Below, piece after piece: positions 51,712-64,000 of a stretch of 64,000 nucleotides of DNA. Each line of letters starts with the position of its first letter. Within the stretch, counting starts at the first letter, position 1. The stretch is from Paramecium tetraurelia (lineage: Eukaryota). The notes beneath the pieces were generated by a model that ran no database searches, had not been told where the DNA came from, and was given only the letters and a program-made list of their open reading frames with translations. The position numbers were made by a program, and so were the translations under genes. The stretch lies in NCBI GenBank assembly GCA_000165425.1, contig CT868540.1, positions 682,001-746,000 on the forward strand. The letters run 5' to 3'.

Positions 51712-52224
51712 TCATAATTATTTTCTTGTTCTAATAAAATAATTTGTGGGATGCTATTCCTCTTCCAACTGCAATAATTATTATCGAAATTCAATTTCTT
51801 TTCTTTTTGTTAAACTGATGCTATGTATTCTCTTTCTTAATTTTGTTGAAGATATTGGAGTGATAATTTATTCATTTTAACGAATCATACTAATATCTGA
51901 ACCCTACGAGAAATTGTTTTTTAAAATGAGTTAAGTTTGTTTTAAATATTCTTTCGGTTTGTATAAGTAATCCTCTAAAGGTTTAATACTCTCAGAAAAC
52001 TTTGGCTCTAAATATTTGCTACTATATTTAATTTGATACCTTAATTCGAGCTATTTCATTCCTCCAACAGTAGAAGAGATGGCTTTTTTGAAACCAACTT
52101 CATTGCATTCTTCATTATTATAAAATTTTAATAACCTTTTGCTTAGAGTGACTAAAAGTAGTTGTATTAATTGATTATATTGAGATTCAAGTTATCTTGT
52201 AGCAAATCCTCCATATATTGACAT
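51712..52224 (-). CDS. Hypothetical protein (MSIYGGFATRQLE N-terminus)
   Basis: Clean table-6 ORF with one 21-nt intron, reading ...LEL S^KYLEPKFSE.... Confidence 0.7.
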
Positions 52225-52294
52225 TATGCAAAAAATAATTTATAATTATTACTTTGTTATCAATTATTAATAACTTATATTGAACTCAATCATG

Positions 52295-52955
52295 TCATCC
52301 AAATGCTACCTTCTTTCTTCCTCTTTGTCTAACCTCCCTTAACTTGTCAATCACTTGCTACCCTTTCGTCGATAATTTTTTGTATTCCTCCAACAAAATT
52401 TAGAATGCATCTTCCAATGTAGGATGAGTACTCAGAAAAGCCTTTTCAAGCACATACAAATCAACAGCATAATCCTCTACGAATCCCACCTTCGTATAAC
52501 TCAATCCAAAATCAATAAAGTATGGCTTTGAATTCTATACCAAAATATTCGAAGTGGTCAGATCCCCATGAATAATTCCTCCATTGTGCAATTTCGCAAT
52601 ATCTTGAGCTACTAAATTTAAAATTTGCTATATCTCATTTGCTCTTTACTCCTTCTCCAAAGCATTCAAAAAATCTTTTAGCTTAACCCCATCTATAAAC
52701 ATCATAATTATCTAGTTATTGTCTACATAATATAAGTGTGGAACATTAACTCCTAGCTATCTAGCCTTGCATAACAATCTTGATTCCTAGATAAGTGATA
52801 ATTCGTACAGTTTTAACTCTCTCAGAAGTAATTCTGTCATCTAGTTGTTTCAATCGATATTATTTTGATAATCTCTCCTTCAAAATGGCCTAATCACCCA
52901 AAAACTATATTTTGTAAATCTTAGCCTCTGCACCTTAAGAAATTAATTATTACAT
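52295..52955 (-). CDS. BUD32: KEOPS complex atypical kinase Bud32/TP53RK
   Basis: [55 protein letters not shown] and the C-terminal [13 protein letters not shown]. Confidence 0.95.
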
Positions 52956-53048
52956 TTAGTATAAAATAAATAATAGTAGCATAAAACAGAAATGAACTTC
53001 TTAAATTACATCTTTTATTATTCATAGAAGAAATATATTATAATTATT

Positions 53049-55590
53049 TCACAATCCTGCTTCTTCATCTTCATCTTTGGTTGACTAAATACCAAATAGT
53101 CTTTTTTTGGTTGCTTATTTTTTCTCTTACAATTCTTCCTCAGAGGGAGGATAATAGCTTCGCTTTTCTTGTATAATACATGATATTTACTTCTGTTTTT
53201 ATTAACTTATGAAGCTGAGAATATTTGCTTCACGACACCCCATATCATGTTTCTTAAATAAAAAAGTGTTAGGATCATTATTGAAAGTATAATGTACTCA
53301 GCATAATCTAAAATGTTAAAGGGCTTAGATTTTATTCCTGTTTGACTTTGATAGTTTGGACTTTGCGAGTCTAAATTGTCCTACTTTTTCTATTCATTTT
53401 TCACAATTGGTTTATCAGTAATAATTTGATTCACCTAGATGTTTGTTTTTTCTGTTGGGCATTCCTATTCAATTGGCCCTAAATAAACTCTATTATTTAT
53501 CTTTATTTTTACCCTCCTTCACATTCATCTCCAGGGATTTTCCTATAACCTTACGATTTCATATATGTGCCTGTACATTTGATTGGAGGTGGCTAGGATG
53601 AAAATCCATAGGTCATTGGAACACACTCACCACCATCTATTTTCCTCATAAATCCTAAATCGCATTCCCAATCTTCAGCTGTACAGGGGCAATTTTCTAC
53701 GAGCAATTTCTTCACTATTTCTGGATTCTTACATTTAGCTTCCCTTTTCTTTCTCTAATACTTCACCTTTTAACCAAATAAACATTTCTGTTGTTGATAA
53801 TTCTATGGAGACCAATATTCATAATCGGAATCTGGGTCTTCTGGATTTTCACTGCCTTTGCAGACTCTTTAATATACATTGGAAAGATCGATGGGAATTA
53901 AAACCCCTATTATAGATTCATATTTATTCCAGAAATCTTCTTAAGGATTATCTGATTATTTTATTCTGCCATATATCAAGAACTTTTATTCTTCGTTTGA
54001 CGGTTCCGTAACAATATTATCAATATCCAAAGAGATATTTAATTTTATATCTTAAAAGGTCATACCTTCATCTTAGGTAAATTTAGCCACATTTGTGTAA
54101 GACTCAGATTCAGCAAATATTATCAGTCCCCCATGATCTCCGATCTCATAAATATAAGTTCCGTTTAATATCTCATACCAATTGTGACCTCCATCTCTTG
54201 ATAGATAAGTGTTGGTCTCTTAACCATCAAGATATAGTCCTGTGTTCCCTGTTCCAACAATTATTCCTACTGCCTATTCGCTACTATAAATCAGAGATGT
54301 TGTTTCTGTTCTCCCTTTCAAATGAAGACTGCAATCTCCATTACAATTTAAAGGCTGTCCAGAATATGAATATTTTGGAGCCTTCAATGAATGCCATTCA
54401 GCCCCCAAATCAAAAGTAATAACGGATTTTTTGTATTAGTCCAATCTGTCTGAACTTTAAAGTTTCATCTCCCTTTCCGAGTTGATTCTTTTTCTTCTTG
54501 ATTTAGTCTTCTCGATTTCATCATAATCAAAAATATTAGCAATGTAAACGCCTTTCATACTTTTGATTTTCTCAAAGTCACAATGTCCAGTGTCTTGACT
54601 TCTAACATTTCCCAAAAGGGAGACAGTGAACTCATTACCATCACTCATGTAAATATTAGTAACTTTTGATAATTCTTCAGCATGTGCAACTGACATGTAA
54701 ACTATACTATCAGTCACATCTAAAACAGTGAATGTGTGTTTGCTTTAGTCATCAATTGGCAATACGATTTCTTAAGGGAAATAGGTTTCACCCAAATGAG
54801 GAGACATTTTTAAGTCGTATCCCACACTATATTAGTCAGGTCTCACCAGTAAAAATAGATAAGTTGGTGTCTAGTAAAATCCAAAGCAATCCTTTTCTAT
54901 CTATTTGATGGTTTTGAAAAAGTCATCTGAATAAGAAACCTTCAATTCCCCTTGATTATCAACATGAGATACTATTATTCTCATATCTGGTACCATTTCA
55001 TAATGAATTAATTTATCCCATGCTGCATCTCTAACATGATCCAAAACTGGTTACCATATCTAACCTCCATTGTTTGTCACCCAAAGCTCCCTCTTGTATT
55101 GTTCTTTACAGCTCTTATCTGTTTTGTTGCATTTCTTCTCTTAGAATGCTAATATTTAATCCTTATTTAATTTATTAAACCTAAAGCCATAGAGTTTATT
55201 ATCATTAAATGTTCTGTATGTTCTCCCGCAATCTTGACTGATGAAAGATTGATTATATCCTATGAAGTACATAGTAAAAGAATCTGCAGGAGATTATATG
55301 ATGTCTTTAAATTTATAATTGCTATCTAATTTTTACTAATCTATTAACGATTATGTGACATTTTCCCATTTTTATCCGTAATCAACTGATCTATAAGCAA
55401 TTCCCTTGTTTGAGAGAACAAATAATATTTTTCTATGTTGTTTAGCCTCATTTTTCTACTCCACTACATCATCATCAGATGTAACAATAATCGACCCTCC
55501 ACACCAAAATACTTGATCAACTGCAGAATCAATTATATACGCAGATTGGGTTACACCTAGAAATAGAAATGCAAGGTATAATTAAATCAT
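53049..55590 (-). CDS. Sortilin / VPS10-domain sorting receptor
   Basis: Signal peptide; Asp-box repeats RSVDYGQKW, SQDCGRTY, TFDLGAEW, SRDGGHNW and TQDEGMTF; YEIGDHGGLI; 10CC region CLFGQKVKYQRKRREAKC..CPCTAEDWECDLGF; a TM helix; acidic tail DEDEEAGL*. Confidence 0.92.
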
Positions 55591-56289
55591 AATTACACGT
55601 AATTAATTATTTAATATACTATTTAAATATACATTTTATGAATATACGAATATCAAGTAATTCCCTTATACCTGTTTCTATTCACACTAAAATACCATAA
55701 TTTCTTTCCATTTACCTAATAAACTATATTGTTAATGAATTAATTTTTATCCATTCCCTCTGAAATGTTTAAGATTTCATTCAACCTTAAATCCTAATAA
55801 AAGCGAAAATATTCCCACTATTCTTCCTGAAGTCTCACCATTTCTCATAACCTAGAAAGTTAAAAATCTACTCTGCTCAAAGTCTATAACTAATCATCCA
55901 GAAGCTATCTAAGGAGTTTCTCATAGCTTAAATGCCAAGCAATTTAGACATACTCCTACTATCATGCTCTCTGCATCCCTAAATTAAGCCAAACCTTCTT
56001 ATCTACCTTAAATGTCAATAATTTTTTAATTTTAGATATAAATAAGACTAATAAAATTCATAAGAGCCCTTTGATCATTGTACCATTCGAAATCTTCATC
56101 TTTTCTCGACCCATCAAAACAATACAATATTATATTAGCCCTCTATTATCACCTATTATTAACTGATCTGCAGTTGTTCAAGAAATAAAGAGAAAAAAAT
56201 GAAATTCTGTTTCTAATAAAATATAGGTTTTATTTCATTTTCAAATAGAATTTAGAGTTTTTTTTAAAGTTTACGAAAATATATCATCA

Positions 56290-58881
56290 ATAACTTGAAG
56301 AATCTCAATTTATAACAAGACAGAAAGAAAAGGAACCTTCAAAAATAAATAGCATTGTTTATATAATTTGACTAAAGCTTCTGGTACAAAAATTATTGAG
56401 CCTTGTAAATTAAATGATTTTTTATAAAGTTGAATAAATCAATTTTCAGTAATTTTTGATGACTGGGGATTATGAGGATTAAATCTTCTTAATCTTAGGA
56501 TAAAATCTAAATAGAAAAAAACAATAACTTTAAGAATTGATTAAGATTTATGGTTTTCACTATGTCATTAAATTATGATTAATTTGTGAAAAAATACTTT
56601 CCAATAAGACCAGAAACAAACTAAAAGGGATCATATGCATCAATATCTAAATCAAAGTAAGGATAAATGATAAAAGAATTAAAATTTACAGAAAATGAAT
56701 GGTAATCTTGGAGAGAGCATTTTGTATAAGAGATAGAGCTCTAAAATATTCTAAACGAATGTAAACCAAGTTATTTTCTCAAAATCTAGGATTGGGTTGA
56801 AGAATTCTAAAAAAAATAGATAAACATCATCTTTTAGATTCTACGAATAGGAATTGAATAATAACGTAGAAAGATTTTTCATTTAAATATAACCCAAATA
56901 ACTTGATATATGTAAATGGATTTATTAAGCTAACTGACTTTGGTAGTTCCAGAGTGATACACAAATATTATTATGCCTAAAAATGTATGAGGAACAAAGC
57001 ATCAATATCATTTCTATTAATCTGCTTCAATGTTAAAAATTAAAATGATGGATAATTTTGAGGAGTAAGATTTATCCTTTTAAGAAATTGTGAAAGATGA
57101 ATTATTACAAAATTCAATTTTTCAACAAAATGATGAATGGTCCTTAAGCCTAATAATTTGTTAAATTATTACAAAACAATTTGACATAAAAATTAAATAT
57201 TATGAAGACTTTTATAGTTTTAATTCGTACAGAATAAAAGAGATGCTGAAATAAGTAAGAAGTTAATTTCCACAACTATAGTCAGAGAAAATTGCAGCCA
57301 TCAATTCACCTAGTTGAACTTGTGTTTTTTGCCAGCATTTTTGACATTAAGTAAAGGCCCTTATTTCATAGTAGAAAACAAATTAAAAATTTTATTAAAA
57401 GAACTAAATGCTGTTCAATCAAAATGAATTGATTAAATAAGAAATGATGGTTTGTGTGATTCTATAATATTTATACAATCATCGAACATATGGTCAAAAA
57501 TCAATTCTAGCATTAAATATGATTTTTTTTGATTATATATATATTTTGTAATAAATCAATAGAATAAAGGCTAGGATTATAAATAGCATATGATACATTA
57601 ATCGATATAACATCATCATTTAAAACTTCTATTTCAAAAATAAAACCTCTAATAATGAGGTTAGACCCTCTTAATGGTAATATAGAAAGGGAATCAACTG
57701 GTTAAATGATTACAGTTACTAATAATTATTATTATGTATCCGTTGCTGAAATCAAAATGAAAGAAAAAGAGTAACTTGATTAATAAATGAACTCCAATAA
57801 TCTTTTGACAACAACGGCTCCTAACAATAGTAAGAAAAGTATTGATGATGAGTAGTTAGATAAGTTGTAGTTTTTGGATTCTGCAGAAAATTTGATCGAT
57901 AATTAATTTACATTCTTTCTAAAAGATCAATCAAATATTAATATACTTAATCAAAATTAGGTCAAAGAGATGAATTTAAATGAGAAAAAAAACATTTTCA
58001 AAAAATTTAGCATGTAAATACCACAAAATACACCCAATTTTCTTTAAAAAAAACCCGTATTAGGAAATTTCTATGTAACAATCATACATAAATTAAAACA
58101 TTGTTCAAGATTCATTTATAATAACAAAGCAAATTAATTAAATCTGTCGATCATTATCAAACTTTTTTGGGATGAGGAATTTATGGAAAATGATGTTTTG
58201 AAATAATTTGTTTAGGATAGCTAAATTCATATTGATTATGAGTTGAAGTTTAATCATTCTTCATCTCATTTAATTAATTATAAAAGCTAAATATTAAAGA
58301 TATCAAATAAATAGTTTATTTACAAAGGATATTAAAGGATAATCTCCCACATGGAATCGGAATCAAATATCTTAGATTAAAAAAACTGGAAATTAATAGT
58401 TTGAATTTTCGAAAGTAATGTCATTTTGAAATGTATAATGATTGAATTAAGTAATAAAGGATAAATATAAATTTTCTAAGGCAGATTAAATGATGATCAA
58501 ACGAAAGAAGGAGAATGTGTATTAGAGTGGTTCAGAATTGTAAATAAGCATTTCTTAAAATAGTAAAAACACATTGGTTTAATAAGCCAAAATAAAATTG
58601 TTGGATATGGAGTTCGAACATATTATAATAATTTATAATTTAATTATGTTTACTAAGGAAATTTTCAGAACTGATAAAAATAAGGTAGAGGAAAACTATT
58701 CAAAGAATAAGAAGGTAGTTTAGAACTTATATTTGATGGAGAATTCAATTAAGATTAATACTGTGGGATTGGATTAGGATATTTTAATAAGGATTTAGTT
58801 ATAGAAGCAACTTTTTCAAAAGGAAAAATCATCTAATGTTAAAATTCGAAATATAAAGAGAAATCAGTAACTGTATATTGA
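56290..58881 (+). pseudogene. Decayed protein kinase - MORN repeat gene
   Basis: Remnants GSYASISK, MIKELK and IFHLNI/NPNNLIYVNGFIKLTDFGSSR, with a frameshift at ~56891 and several in-frame TGAs. MORN units YKGY/KDNLPHGIG (frameshift ~58333), YQGNFQN*QKQGRG (TGA 58672-58674) and FDGEFNQDQYCGIG. Confidence 0.7.
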
Positions 58882-59537
58882 ATTCTAACATTTAAAAATA
58901 TTTGTAGTAATTAATCAGTATATTTTATTATTTTTCTCTGTCTTGCTTTAAAGGCTTTCCGTAAAACTATATTTCCCAGTTCATTATTGATGTGATGAAG
59001 TAAACTAATATTTCAAAATCTAATATATTATTTAAAATACCTATTGTTCGGTAGAAAAGGAAGGGTTGATTAGATATAAATTACTAAAAAATCATTATTT
59101 TGATTTCATAGATAAAAAGATTGTATTTTGATTATAAGGGGTAGTGCTATGGTGTCCCTAATCATTAGAGCATTCTGATATTGATTATAAGTTTGAGGAC
59201 TTTTAAATTTATTTGGTTATTTATCATATTGATTTAGATTTTCCATCAGATATATATTCTAATTTACTATTTTAACTATCATAGAATTAAATAGTCATTC
59301 TTTTCCAGCTTTTTATTAAGCCTTTGTTCAAATATTTCATTTTGGATATCGCTAATATAATTCCAAAACAACTAATGCTGAATTCTTTTAGGTTATTTCT
59401 GATTCTTCTTACAAAACATCTTGCGACAACAAACTATCTTATGCAAGGAGATTTTCATCTATTTCTTTAATTAATACTAATTCCAATAGCTTAATTTCCC
59501 CTAAATATATAAAAGAATAAATAATTATAAAAAAATA

Positions 59538-59774
59538 ATGAGTGTCTATGATGAAGTTGAGATTGAGGATATGGATTTCGATCCTAGTACAAAGATATTT
59601 TATTACCCTTGTCCTTGCGGAGACAGGTTTTAAATAACTATAGTATATATTATATGAGATCATTAGGAATAAATTAAAAACAAATACGAAATAGCTTAAT
59701 GTCCAAGTTGTTCTTTATAAATCAGAGTTATATTCGACCAAAATAGCTATGAAATATATTCAAAAATAGAATGA
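59538..59774 (+). CDS. DPH3: Diphthamide biosynthesis protein 3 / Kti11 (CSL zinc finger)
   Basis: [15 protein letters not shown]...[14 protein letters not shown]^[24 protein letters not shown]. Intron at 59643-59666. Confidence 0.95.
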
Positions 59775-59811
59775 AACGTATAAATTATATTTTAAAGTTA
59801 TTCTATGTAAT

Positions 59812-62800
59812 TCATTTAAATTCTTATTCATTTTCTTTTTATTCATTAATTTTTGGTTAGTTTCTGTAGTAAATGATATCATCATTATTTACTTAATCTT
59901 CTTCCCTGAAAGCTTGTTCTTATCCTTGTACGCATATGCTTTAATCCCTTAGTTCAGGATGAATTTGATTTAGGTTTTTAATTTTCAGGATTAACCAGAG
60001 ATTATTTGTGCTGGACAGAGCAATCATAATAATATTGTAAACAATATCATCTAGAGAAAAGAAATAAAATTTATTCTAGTTGCACATAAAGGAAATTTAA
60101 ACTATAATTGGAAGTATTTGTGAAATTGTTTAATTATAAAACAATTTCTTTATTTCATTTAGAACTTTTGTTTCGATTTAATTAGGTAAAATTGATAAAA
60201 TAATTCTCCATTGAAACAAAGTAGCCAATTATTCCTTAAGTTTAGAGGTTGAAATGATTTTGAAAAACGTTAGATTAGTTTTCTTTAATAATTGTAATTA
60301 AGAACTATTCAAGATTTGCACAAAAAAAGTAACAGCCAAGCATGATAATGATAATATATAATAGCCTGGAAATTATAGCAGAGTAAATCTAAAATTAGTT
60401 ATATAATACCTTATAAATCTGGTGATGGCTATTGGTATATCAAGCAGGCTAATATATATATAATATGTTTTTATTATCAATGCATCTTTTTGTTTGATAA
60501 TCTTATTGACTATTACAGCCAGAAGCATTCCAACCATAATAATTACGAATATTGGTGCTCCATCATAGATTTCACTTTATCTACTATGAAGATTAGAAAT
60601 GCTGTGATCATTCTAATTAGGATTGTTACTGCTATTCTAATTTGTATGATTATTGGAGTTTGAGTTTGAACTAGTGTTAAATTTTAAGCAATATCCATCT
60701 TTTAATTAAAATTCATTAATGCATTTAATGCACTAAGTAATATTCTAATAATCACATTGTAAACAATTGGCATCGGTTAGGCATTTTTCGCAGCCTTGAG
60801 AAGTTAAAATCATATTTGGTGGACATTTTTCGATACATATATTTTAGAATTAAATAAAGCCTTCCTTACATTTAATACATTGGTTGTACTTTTTATCACA
60901 AATTTTACAATTTTCAGAGCAAATGATTGAAAATTTCCAAATTCTCTAAGATTCCTCAACAATCTTTCCAAATTAATTAATATTTTAAAGTGTTATATTT
61001 GTTTCATAATCACTAATATGTCCTACAAAAGTTAATCCGGTGAATATTAGCTGATAAAAGTTTGACTGAATAGAATTTACGAAGTTTGAAATAACAATCA
61101 GATTTTCATTCTCTAAATATGATTCACACAAAACTTCATCATATTTTAATTCTTGGGTTTAGTTTATTTAAAGTATACATTTAAAATCTAATACAATAAT
61201 TTGAGAGAGTTAAAATATTGCTTTTATTTTACCGTATTTTTACACTCCTAAATTCGTATGAAAATTCAGTGTAATATTGGTGACTTCATTCAAAAAAAAT
61301 GACTATTGTTTAATAGAAAAATCAATCTTATTAGCTCTTAATTCATCCCTAATACCAAACGCATCTTAATACACAGCTATAATATCTCCTCCGTCTGTAA
61401 ATATATTAAATTAAAATGGGTAAATTTGAACATCATCTATAGGATTAAACAATTCGCAAAGGAATGTATTAGTACCATTTTATAATTATTTGAGATAAAT
61501 TTCTTAACCAATCTATTTCTCAACAATATTTGAACAACTTAAGAATTTTTCAATATTTATAGGGAAAACAATTTATAACAGATCGTTCGATTAGATAGTG
61601 CTCAATAGATTGAAAGAAAATTACAGTGTTGTTAGTTCACCGTAAAATGAGTTTGAAGAAGTTAAGGAGTAATCATAAAATGTTTAAGGAAATAGAATCT
61701 TATAGGATCCTAATTGATTTTATTGGGTTGATTGAATCTATTATTGATATTTAATATCTCCAATTACTTAGTAACTATACTACTAAATACTTCTCTCTGT
61801 TTTGATGTTATATATAATAATTTCTAAAATTCCACCAACAAACAAAGTAACTGTAATATTTTTATTATTCCCAATTTCACAAATTTATTAATTGGTTTCA
61901 ATTTGTGCAGAACAAAAGCTGAGTTGCTATTTAAAATAGATTGGCAATTCCACGGTCAAAACACTCTATTCTTAAATTTGTGGTATTTGAAATTTAATCA
62001 AATAATTTGTAAGATAATCAGTAACATAGATTTGTGGATTCAAAGAAATCAAGAGGTATTTTGACGGTTGAATTGTTAAGAAGGCAGGTTTTTATAATAG
62101 ACTTATTAAAGCGCCTGAATAATCATTTGTGAAAATTAAGAAATTATCAGTTATCCCTGCTGTCCCTTAAAGTTTTCCAGAAAAAGTGATTTCAACTTAA
62201 TTCATGATTTGATGATTATTAAAATAGTTTTTAAATATTATTTCTTATCCATTTATCTATATATCTTACTATAAGTCAGGCTGTATTAAAACAGAATCTC
62301 GAGTTATTTGAATTTATCTAGGTATCTTAACAGTCAGGGTAGTTGATTTTGTTTAAACATTTTTTAATTCAAATTTAATAACAATATCAGTTATGGCAAA
62401 AACTGTAGTATTAGTGGCTTCAATTGTGATATAGGATATAGGTTATGGAAGTATCTCAATCTAAAGTTCTTAATATTCAACCTAATTTCTCTCCGGTGTT
62501 AGTACATAGAATCCAATATTGAATGTAGATAACCCAGTTGGATTCATAATATCTTAGAGACAAAATTGAAATTTCATGGATTCATAGAATTAGTTAAAAT
62601 TTTTGATCACGATACCTTCATTTTCAATGTAGAATTCATAATTTGGATTAATGTTTTGTTTTGGCAAAAAAATAGTTTGTGATACTAAATTTTAATTAAA
62701 ATTTACTTTAGGATTATTATTACAGATTTAAAAATTTGATATAAATTTGACTACCTTGGCGGTAGGCTAATCTAGGTACGAATGAAAAGAATAATTAGGT

Positions 62801-63664
62801 GTATTGTGAAACAAATTAATTTGAGCTTTCTAATGTAAATTCCTTAGATGGACTAACACTTTTTATTTCGTTTTCCTAGAATTAACCCTCAGCAATATTA
62901 AGACCTTTATAGGTAGTCTTATAAAGTATCCAAAAAGAATCTCCATCCAATTATTAATTATTTGTATAAATGTTATGAATTGAAAGGAGTATTGAATTAC
63001 CAGGAAGATACTATTTTTGAAATAGGTTGTAAATTGTTAATTTTTATTCTGCAAGATTAATTTCAAAATCCAAACTTATGTTTTAGAAAAGAGGGAAGGT
63101 ATCTTATGTCAGCATTGATACGATCTTAGTTGCTCCTATATTAATAATTGGAAAGATGATATCAAAGATTGTCCCTGCTCTTACTCGAAATAGAAAGTTA
63201 ATTTCAAAATTTAAAGTAGTTTTAACAAAAGTAGAATAGTTTTCATATCTTCCTTGTATGCTCAACTATTGCTAATAAGCTAGAGTGTAAAGGCAAGTTT
63301 ATCTCTCTACTAGGTTTTCATCCTAATAAAATTCTAAGATATACTCCTTATCCTAATTAAAAGGATAATAACCATTTTCAATATTTTCCAAAGTAATATT
63401 CAAAGTATAGGAAGGAATAAAATTACCAAAAATTAAAATTTGGTTATCTTTGATTTTTGCTTGAAACTTATTACCATTACACCAACAATAAATCTGCATT
63501 AGTTCATTTAACTCATAACTTAAAGGGAATATCATCAAAATTGAATTATATGTGTCGATTGATAATTAAACATCTAGAGTGTATTTTGTAATTGCACCAG
63601 ATAAAGCATCATCCATCTTGATTGAAAATGAAGACACAAAAGGTAAAATCAGCAAAAATTACAT
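59812..63664 (-). CDS. Large cell-surface membrane protein: signal peptide, repeated beta-rich ectodomain modules, furin-like Cys repeats, multi-pass C-terminus (~1,270 aa)
   Basis: Leader MQFLLILPFVSSFSI; CSENCKICDKKYNQCIKCKEGF..CIEKCP..CEKC..NCLQCD..QCIKC; N/S-rich linker; hydrophobic segments such as PIFVIIMVGMLLAVIV. Confidence 0.75.
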
Positions 63665-64000
63665 TTATAATTGATTTTTTAACTCTCTAATCTATGTTAA
63701 CTTTTAAGTCCTTTTTTCACTAAGTAAATATAAATTAATTAACGGATATAAATTAAACTTTATTTTATTTTATTAAGATCTTTTCACTATTCTTTAAATT
63801 TGAAATCAAAAATACTAAATTGCCTTTATAGAATAGTAATTGCTGTGACAAAAAGATTCAACTTTTTAAAATATTGACTAATTTATTATATACAATCATA
63901 CATAATCAATTAATTAAAAATAGATTAATTTTTATCATTTCAATAATGATTTATAAACATAATCTGAAATTATTATCTAAAAATTTATTAATTAGGTCTA

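Noticed and set aside
58672..58674. In-frame TGA in a MORN repeat as selenocysteine or readthrough
   Set aside because: It sits at a consensus Gly position (GGA to TGA) in a gene with multiple other lesions, so pseudogenisation explains it.

Overview
This is AT-rich, very gene-dense ciliate DNA, most consistent with a Paramecium macronuclear scaffold. Conserved genes read through only if TAA/TAG encode Gln and TGA is the sole stop (translation table 6), and they carry 21-31 nt GT..AG introns. The supplied standard-code ORF track is therefore mostly fragments or antisense artefacts. I translated by hand with table 6, so exon boundaries of the hypothetical genes are approximate. About 38 genes are present. 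Recognisable ones are RVB1, a probable NUP93, DPY30, a PSTAIRE CDK, RSPH4/6, an SLC25 carrier, RPL34, CFAP36, a PKA regulatory subunit, BUD32, a sortilin and DPH3; there is also a decayed kinase-MORN pseudogene block. No rRNA, tRNA, transposon, telomeric repeat or CRISPR array was seen. The most interesting signals are: (1) a ~320 aa protein resembling an isolated dynein stalk plus microtubule-binding domain with no motor; (2) three tandem paralogues with atypical FYVE, a dead-looking TBC/RabGAP domain and long coiled coils; (3) two paralogous MORN-repeat/Ulp1-type (C48) protease fusions; (4) an IQ protein with nine D[DE]RPI-type repeats next to a five-CH-domain protein; (5) a PKA-R paralogue lacking the inhibitor site; and (6) a frameshift in RVB1 at an A_AAA_AAC run. 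All domain calls come from motif recognition, not from database searches.
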